Positions 7,917-14,101 of a stretch of DNA of 14,101 nucleotides are shown in pieces. The translations under genes were made by a program, and so were the position numbers. Below the pieces are notes generated by a model. That model was not told where the DNA came from, searched no databases, and saw only the letters and a program-made list of their open reading frames with translations. The stretch is from Candidatus Micrarchaeota archaeon (GTDB lineage Archaea; Micrarchaeota; Micrarchaeia; Anstonellales; Bilamarchaeaceae). The stretch covers positions 1 through 14,101 of the forward strand of contig JAGVWJ010000057.1 of the NCBI GenBank assembly GCA_018304385.1, in the 5' to 3' direction. The first letter of the stretch is position 1. Each line of letters opens with the position of its first letter.

Positions 7917-8007
7917 TTGGCTATTAGCCTTTGGCTTTTAGCTCGTGGGCACGAGCTAGGGGCTACCGACCACTGGCCAATAGCTACTTGCCACCAGCCA
8001 ATGGCAG
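7917..8007. repeat. Degenerate heptamer array 1 (13 x 7 bp, NNNGCNN) containing a hairpin
   Basis: ttggcta ttagcct ttggctt ttagctc gtgggca cgagcta ggggcta ccgacca ctggcca atagcta cttgcca ccagcca atggcag. GC occupies positions 4-5 in 11 of 13 units; 51/91 bases are G+C. Confidence 0.85.
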
Positions 8008-8017
8008 TAGGATTAAC

Positions 8018-9899
8018 ATGTTAAAACCAGTAAAGATGCAAAAAGTTAGGATAGTTGCACTTAAATCTGTACTGGAAGAACTAATTAAGAATCTGCACGA
8101 ATTCGGTTTAATGGAAATACGAATAGCTCATTATGAGGGTCTAGAATCAGGAAGACCATTAGATTATTTCAATACAGTATCTGAACAACTTGTAAGAATA
8201 AGGGCAATAAAGAACAGCCTTTCTGCTCAGAAGGAAGAAAATTTAACAATTGAAAATCCAGTGGAAGAAGCAAAAAAAATAAAATTAGATGAGGAGTTAA
8301 AGGCACTTGGTGAAGATCAGGTTAAAACAGAATCAGATTTAAATCGGCTTAGAGAGGAGCAAAAGCTCATACAAAGGTTTGTTGGTTTTTCTGATATTGA
8401 TTTTTCTAGATTGGAAACCAATACGATTACTTTTACATTAGGCACTATTGCAGGTGGGAGTGAAAAAGTAAATTCAGTTAAAGAGCGATTAGATAAAACC
8501 CTTAAAATCTATAACTTCCGTTCTTTGGTTGTTGGAAGCGACATTGTAATTCTAATTATGCATCAGAAATCTGATATTGTTGACGATATACTATCAGAGC
8601 TTGGTTTTAATAGGATTTTAGTACCAAGTTATGTTTCAGTTCCATCCAAGTCTCTGGCAATAGTATCAAATGAAATACATACTAAAGAAAATAGACTTGA
8701 GAGAATAAAACACGAACTTAATAGCCTATCTAAAAAGCACTATTCAAAAATTGCAGCAATTGAACATGCGCTTAGCATAGAATCAGATCGCGCAGAGATT
8801 GCTTCAAGATTTAATTTTACTGCAGCAGCTGCAATAATTGAAGGCTGGGTTAAATCAGATGATTATCAGAAATTGGAGCACGAGCTCGCTAAATTCAATA
8901 ACAAGGCAATTGTTGAGAAAGCCCATGCAACGCATGATGAATCGCATCCTGTTTTATTATCAAACCCAAAGACAGCTTCACCAATCCAGTTTATTACTGA
9001 GGACTTTTCCTTGCCAGGTTATTCTGAGATAGATCCCACTATGATTTATCTGTTTACCATTCCGCTTCTTTACGGAATGATTGTAGGGGATGTGCTATAT
9101 GGTATTCTATCAATCTTTATTGCGAAATTTATGATGAAAAAATTCGCATCTAGTTATATTTTATCTAATGTTTCTAAGATATGGTTCTATTCTGCATTTC
9201 CATCTATTCTATTTGGTATAGTTTTCGATGAATGGGCAGGTTTTTCGCATTTTCATCTGCTTGAAAAATTAGAGAAATGGGGCGTTATTGATCTTGCTTC
9301 GTTTGCCGTTTTATGATTTTCATTTAAGTAGGGCACACAACCTTCCGACTATCATTGGTTTAACAGTGGTTGTCGGGCTTTTGCATCTTGCGTTTGGGTT
9401 CATATTAGGCGCAATAAATGAATGGCATCATAGCAAGAAGCATGCGCTCGCAAAAATCGCTTGGCTGGGTGTTGAGCTGGGAGGAGTTCTTACAGTAACT
9501 GCATATTTGTTTAATATGTTTGATCCGACTATTGGACTTGCAGGCGTTATAATCTTAGTTGTTTCTGTAATTGTTCTGGGGTTAACAGAAGGAATAGTTG
9601 GCATATTGGAATTGCCAGGATTTGCTGGAAATGTGTTATCATATTCTAGAATTGCAGCAATAGGTGTAGTTGGTGTTATTCTTGCAGAGATAATAAATGA
9701 ATTTTTATTACCTTTGCCAGAGCATGGTATATTAGCATTTATTTTATTTCCTTTATTTATAATTATGCATGCAGTTAATGCATTTATTGCGATGTTTGAA
9801 TCACTTATTCAAGGTGGCAGGCTTAATATAATTGAGTTTCAATCAAAGTTTCTAAAAGGCGGTGGAAAACCATTCGAACCTTTTGCTGTTCACGTTTAA
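8018..9899 (+). CDS. atpI: A-type ATP synthase subunit I (a); split into two frames between 9273 and 9316
   Basis: The start is MLKPVKMQKV at ATG 8018, not TTG 7931. IEGWV, LPGYSEIDPT, YGMIVGDVLYG, GLLHLAFG, NVLSYSRIAA (essential Arg) and IQGGRLNIIEFQSKFLKGGGKPFEPF are present. The second ORF is in the +1 frame. Confidence 0.93.
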
Positions 9900-9915
9900 T
9901 AATTTAAAAAAATTT

Positions 9916-9922
9916 GAGGTGA
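9916..9922 (+). promoter_or_regulatory. Shine-Dalgarno site of atpK (GAGGTGA)
   Basis: GAGGTGA lies 4 nt before ATG 9927. Confidence 0.8.
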
Positions 9923-9926
9923 AATT

Positions 9927-10181
9927 ATGGCAGTAGAAAGTTTAGCATCTAGCATGCCACCAGGTACTGGTGCGGCATTGGGTGCAGGAATTGCAATGGG
10001 TCTAAGCGCATTAGCAGCAGCTTGGTCGCAAGGTTCGCTCGGTAGCGCAGCAATGGGTGCTGTTGCAGAAAGACCAGAGTTAGAAAAGAAAATGCTAGTA
10101 TATCTAGTATTGCCAGAAATTATTGCAATATTAGGATTTGTTATAGCATTCTTGCTGATTGGAAAAGTAGGAGCAGAATAA
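9927..10181 (+). CDS. atpK: A-type ATP synthase proteolipid subunit K (c), single hairpin, 84 aa
   Basis: GAALGAGIAMGLSALAAAWSQG, AVAERPE loop and LPEIIAILGFVIA with the carrier Glu. Confidence 0.93.
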   Translation: MAVESLASSMPPGTGAALGAGIAMGLSALAAAWSQGSLGSAAMGAVAERPELEKKMLVYLVLPEIIAILGFVIAFLLIGKVGAE

Positions 10182-10192
10182 TTGGTGTCTTT

Positions 10193-10926
10193 ATGGGAAT
10201 AGATAGACTTACCTCGTCGTTATTAGCGGAAGCAAAGAAACAGGCAGATGAGATAGTAAAAACTGCTGAAGGGCATTTAGACAAAATGCTTATAGAAGAA
10301 AAGGCAAAGCGAGCGATATTGCTGAAAAAAGCAGAAGAAGATGCGTTTCAGCTTATTGATGAGCAGCGCAAAGAGCGCATTGCATCCTCGCGACTCGAGG
10401 CAAAGCGCATATTAAATGAAGCAAAAGAAGATGCGATAAAGGCAGTATTAGAAGACATTTATACAATGCTCGAAAGCATTAGCAAAAAACCGAGTTATAA
10501 GGATTTTTTAAAAAGTACACTTGCGAGTGCAATGCGAGAAATTAATTCGGCAATTGTGCATTGCAGAAAAGATGATAAAGCAGTTATACAGGCAACTGCA
10601 GGCAATGCCAGGGTTCAAGATGATCTTAATGCACTAGGTGGTTTTATAGTAGAAAGCAGTGATGGCAAGGTGCACTAGGTGGTTTTATAGTAGAAAGCAG
10701 TGATGGCAAGGTTAGGTTAAACCTTACATTAGAATCACTATTCGAAACAAAACGCGAAGAATTGCGCAAGATGATTTATCAGAAATTGTTTGAACAAAAG
10801 CAAGAGGTAATAAGCATTAAGCAGGAGGCAGGTAGCAATTTGCCTGTAGCTAGTGGCAAAAAGCCAACAGCTAAAAGCCAATTGCAGAAAAAAAAGAAAA
10901 AAGTGAATATTGATGAAGCTACCTAA
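10193..10926 (+). CDS. atpE: A-type ATP synthase subunit E; frame broken by a 41-bp tandem duplication, ~230 aa when repaired
   Basis: MGIDRLTSSLLAEAKKQADEI... and LGGFIVESSDGKV. Removing one copy continues RLNLTLESLFETKREELRKMIYQKLF to TAA at 10924-10926. Confidence 0.9.
10630..10711 (+). repeat. Perfect 41-bp tandem duplication TGCACTAGGTGGTTTTATAGTAGAAAGCAGTGATGGCAAGG x2
   Basis: Copies at 10630-10670 and 10671-10711 are identical and create the premature TAG at 10676-10678. Confidence 0.97.
10811..10887. repeat. Degenerate heptamer array 2 (11 x 7 bp, NNNGCNN) inside the atpE 3' end
   Basis: taagcat taagcag gaggcag gtagcaa tttgcct gtagcta gtggcaa aaagcca acagcta aaagcca attgcag. GC occupies positions 4-5 in 11 of 11 units. 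Confidence 0.85.
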
Positions 10927-11997
10927 TATAGAAAGTAGAGCATTGAAATACGGATATTCGAATGCGCGAGTTCGAGGAATGAAAGGGTTATTGCTAAAAC
11001 CTGCTTTCTTGGATGAGCTTATAAAAGTGCGAAGCATTGATGCAATGGTCGAGTTATTACAAAGTTATTACAAAGAACGCATTATAAAGAAGAGTTAGTT
11101 TCTTTGTCCTTAAAACATAAAGGTTCGCTATTGGTTGAGCTTGCTGCTGGCATTCACTTTGCTAAGATTGTGGATAAGATAAGGGCATTTTCTCCAAGGA
11201 GTGACCGTTCTGCCGTTATTGGCTTATTGAAGCGATGGGATCTATTAAACCTTAAGACATTGCTAAATGGCCTTAGGTCAGGTAAGAATTATGATGCAAT
11301 TAAACCATATTTAATTCCAGTTGGGAGTTTGTCAGAACATGATTTTGAAAGAATAGCAAAGGCGCAGGATTTGCTTGCAGAGCTTAAGAAAACAGATTTA
11401 GGCAGAGAGCTGCTTTCTCAGAGCACAGCGCTATTTAGCAAACAGATGTTTAGTGCGTTTAACAATGCATTGAGAGACATGGATAGCTTCATGCAGTTGC
11501 AAACTATCCTTGATGCTTATATCTACTTATTGATCGATAAAGCACTTGGTACAGGAGATAGAGATATTGAGAGAATTAAACGTATAATGAAAAAAGAAAT
11601 TGATGCTAAAAACATTGTAATGATTTTTAGATTAAAAAAATATGCTAAGGCAAAGATAAAAAATTATCTTATAAGAGGAGGTTCGCTTGGAGATTCTGTT
11701 ATAACTCAGTTGATTGATGCAAAGGACATATCTTCTGCTGAGAGAATAATAAAATCCAAATTCAGTGCCATCGAGCTTCAGGAAAATGCCTCTATGGTTG
11801 ATCTTGAGATTGCGTTGGAAAAGGCAATTGCAGCTGAAAAGCTTGCTGCATTTCATGTTAGTGTTCTTTCAATTGGTGTTATGCTTGGATTTTTGCTTTT
11901 GAAAGAAGAAGAATTGAATAACTTGCGAAAAATCGCAAAGGCAAAGGAATTTGGAATTCCTGAAGATGAAGTAAGGAAGATGTTAGTAGTTGTTTAG
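10913..11997 (+). CDS. atpC: A-type ATP synthase subunit C; frame broken by an 11-bp tandem duplication, ~357 aa when repaired
   Basis: YGYSNARVRGMKGLLL; the repaired junction reads VELLQRTHYKEELVSLSLKHKG. RWDLLNLKTLL, EIDAKNI and LGFLLLKEEELNNLRKIAKAKEFG follow. 1085-11=1074 nt = 358 codons. Confidence 0.93.
11052..11073 (+). repeat. Perfect 11-bp tandem duplication AGTTATTACAA x2
   Basis: Copies at 11052-11062 and 11063-11073 shift the atpC frame. Confidence 0.93.
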
Positions 11998-12072
11998 CAA
12001 TGAGCCCTGAGCATTGAGCAATGAGCCACGAAATGCATTGGCCCACTGCCCATTGCCCAAGGCCCAAGGCAG
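11994..12072. repeat. Degenerate heptamer array 3 (5 + 5 units around a 9-nt centre)
   Basis: ttagcaa tgagccc tgagcat tgagcaa tgagcca [cgaaatgca] ttggccc actgccc attgccc aaggccc aaggcag. GC occupies positions 4-5 in all 10 units; 44/79 bases are G+C. Confidence 0.88.
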
Positions 12073-12080
12073 TGAGTATT

Positions 12081-12407
12081 ATGGTTAAATCAAAAATAGT
12101 AGTGATCGGTGATGCGCCCCTAGTAACTGGCTTCCAGCTTGCGGGCTTAGAAAACACAGTACTAACTGAAAAACAGGAGTTCGAAAAAACGCTTGAAGAA
12201 TACATGGGTAAAAGCGAGTTTGGAATTATTGTTGTAAATGAAAACATGCTAAATGAAATAGATTGGCGATTACGCAAAAAAATAGACAGCGTTGCATACC
12301 CTGTAGTTGTCCCAATTCCAGATATTTCTGGCCAGGCAGTTGCTGGAGATGAGATTAGGAATTTGATTAAAAGAGCATTAGGATTTGATTTGGGAGCGAA
12401 GAAGTAA
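12081..12407 (+). CDS. atpF: A-type ATP synthase subunit F, 108 aa
   Basis: [34 protein letters not shown] and [13 protein letters not shown] are present. The start is moved to ATG 12081; the ORF-track extension from 12021 is only the translated heptamer array. Confidence 0.93.
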   Translation: MVKSKIVVIGDAPLVTGFQLAGLENTVLTEKQEFEKTLEEYMGKSEFGIIVVNENMLNEIDWRLRKKIDSVAYPVVVPIPDISGQAVAGDEIRNLIKRALGFDLGAKK

Positions 12408-12414
12408 TATTTAT

Positions 12415-12422
12415 GAGGTTGA
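12415..12422 (+). promoter_or_regulatory. Shine-Dalgarno-like site of atpA (GAGGTTGA)
   Basis: It lies 4 nt before ATG 12427. Confidence 0.6.
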
Positions 12423-12426
12423 TCTT

Positions 12427-14101
12427 ATGGCAAAAATAAATGGGAAAATACTAAGAGTTTCTGGTCCAGTTGTAGAAGCAACTGTTGAAAATGCAAGATT
12501 ATATGATGTAGTTCGTGTAGGTAAGGAAAGAATTCTAGGGGAAATCATTAAAATTGTTGGAACAAGAAATATTATCCAGGTTTATGAGGATACATCTGGC
12601 CTTAAGCCAGGTGAACCAGTTGTTACTACTGGCCAGCCTTTAAGCGTTGAGCTTGGCCCAGGCATTCTGAAAAATATTTATGATGGCATTCAAAGACCGC
12701 TTCAATATATTGAAGAAAAAGCAAAAGGCGTATTTATTACTCGCGGTATTGAAGCTCCACCACTAGATAGAAATGCAAAATGGGAATTTAAAGCTAAAGT
12801 AAAAAAAGGAGATAAGGTAAAGCAAGGAGATATTCTTGGTACAGTTCAGGAAACAAGTCTTATTGAGCATAAAATTATTTCGCCATATGAAGGAAAAGTA
12901 GATTCTATTTCCAGCGGCAAATTTACTATTGAAGATGAAGTAGGAAGCATTAGCCATGAGGGAAAGAAAAAACCAGTTTATCTTTATCAAAGATGGTTCG
13001 TGCGAAAAGCCCGTCCGGTAATAGAAAAATTACCTCCGATTATTCCATTTATTACTGGACAACGAGTAATTGATACATTTTTCCCAATTGCAAAAGGAGG
13101 GACTGCCTGTATACCCGGGCCATTTGGATCAGGAAAGACAGTCACGCAACAGAGTCTAGCAAAACATTCAGACGCGCAGATTGTTGTGTATGTTGGCTGC
13201 GGCGAACGTGGAAACGAGATGACCGAGGTGCTTAAAGAATTTCCGCATTTAACCGATCCAAAAACTGGTAAACCATTGATGGAACGAACTGTGCTTATTG
13301 CAAATACAAGCAACATGCCCGTAGCAGCTCGTGAAGCAAGCATTTATACCGGAATTACAATTGCAGAATATTTCAGAGACCAAGGATATGATGTAGCGTT
13401 AATGGCAGATAGCACGAGTAGATGGGCAGAGGCAATGCGTGAAATTGGTGGTCGTCTAGAAGAAATGCCTGGAGAAGAAGGTTATCCTGCTTATCTTGCG
13501 AGAAAGCTAGCAGAATTTTATGAACGCGCAGGACGTGTTCGCTGCTTAGGGACTGATGAACGATATGGAAGCGTTAGCGTTGTAGGTGCAGTTTCTCCGC
13601 CTGGCGGTGACCTTAGCGAGCCAGTTTCACAAAATACATTACGTGTTACAAAAGTATTCTTAGCATTGGATGCACCTTTAGCCTATAGAAGACATTTTCC
13701 AGCAATTAACTGGCTGAAAAGCTATTCGCTTTATACTGATTCATTGGAAGAATGGCTTTTAGAAAATGTTTCAAGCGATTTTCCAAAGCTGCGCAAAAAC
13801 GCAATGGCGTTATTGCAAAAAGAAGCAGAATTGCAAGAAATTGTACAATTAGTCGGTCCAGATGCATTACCTGAAAAAGAACAAGCAATATTAATGGTAA
13901 CAAAAATGATCCGCGAGGATTTTTTACAGCAGAATGCTTACAGTGATATTGATGCGCGCAGCGAGTTTAAGAAACAATATCTAATGCTTAAGACAATTTT
14001 GAAATTCCATGAGCGCACAGTGAGCACGTTGGATCTTGGTGTGCAACTTAAGCGTATTATAGATCTGCCAACACGCACGAAGATTGGAAGAATGAAGGAA
14101 A
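12427..14101 (+). CDS. atpA: A-type ATP synthase catalytic subunit A, 3'-partial (runs off the window)
   Basis: Translated by hand because it is absent from the ORF track (no stop); open for 558 codons. [28 protein letters not shown], Walker A GPFGSGKT (13117-13140), [33 protein letters not shown] and RRHFPAINW are present. There is no intein in the visible part. Confidence 0.98.
   Translation, partial: MAKINGKILRVSGPVVEATVENARLYDVVRVGKERILGEIIKIVGTRNIIQVYEDTSGLKPGEPVVTTGQPLSVELGPGILKNIYDGIQRPLQYIEEKAKGVFITRGIEAPPLDRNAKWEFKAKVKKGDKVKQGDILGTVQETSLIEHKIISPYEGKVDSISSGKFTIEDEVGSISHEGKKKPVYLYQRWFVRKARPVIEKLPPIIPFITGQRVIDTFFPIAKGGTACIPGPFGSGKTVTQQSLAKHSDAQIVVYVGCGERGNEMTEVLKEFPHLTDPKTGKPLMERTVLIANTSNMPVAAREASIYTGITIAEYFRDQGYDVALMADSTSRWAEAMREIGGRLEEMPGEEGYPAYLARKLAEFYERAGRVRCLGTDERYGSVSVVGAVSPPGGDLSEPVSQNTLRVTKVFLALDAPLAYRRHFPAINWLKSYSLYTDSLEEWLLENVSSDFPKLRKNAMALLQKEAELQEIVQLVGPDALPEKEQAILMVTKMIREDFLQQNAYSDIDARSEFKKQYLMLKTILKFHERTVSTLDLGVQLKRIIDLPTRTKIGRMKE

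Noticed and set aside
9300-9320. Programmed +1 frameshift at GTT-TTA-TGA in atpI
   Set aside because: P-site re-pairing (GUU to UUU, or UUA to UAU) is poor and no stimulatory element is seen; an indel is simpler.
7917-12072. Heptamer arrays or tandem duplications as CRISPR arrays or IS ends
   Set aside because: There is no repeat-spacer alternation, no cas or transposase gene, and no terminal inverted repeats with target-site duplication.
13117-13140. Intein at the AtpA P-loop, a known insertion site
   Set aside because: [12 protein letters not shown] is contiguous, so there is no insertion.
8838-13903. Alternative-frame ORFs in the atp operon (8838-9032, 10738-11037, 11632-11856, 11879-12277, 12763-12990, 12987-13343, 13706-13903)
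   Set aside because: They overlap well-supported ATP synthase genes and their translations show no family features.

Overview
AT-rich archaeal chromosomal window. A DPANN/Micrarchaeota-like origin is inferred from its compactness, short L15e and truncated Rpp30-like gene, but is not proven. Left to right: PEP synthase (ppsA); a convergent HExxH zinc-metallopeptidase-like gene with an internal ~62-aa duplication; a divergent orphan-dph2-purC unit; a minus-strand rpl15e / membrane protein / short Rpp30-like unit; and an A1Ao ATP synthase operon in the order H-I-K-E-C-F-A, with atpA running off the window without an intein in the visible part. Two features are not explained by the gene list. (1) Three degenerate heptamer arrays (NNN-GC-NN, a GC every 7 bp) sit at the atpH/I, atpE/C and atpC/F junctions. 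One folds into a G-U-rich hairpin and one is translated as the AtpE C-terminal tail. (2) Four frame breaks occur in otherwise intact core genes. Three are caused by perfect tandem duplications (23 bp in ppsA, 41 bp in atpE, 11 bp in atpC), and removing one copy restores each full-length protein; local mis-assembly is the most likely cause. No rRNA, tRNA, CRISPR array or mobile-element gene was seen.
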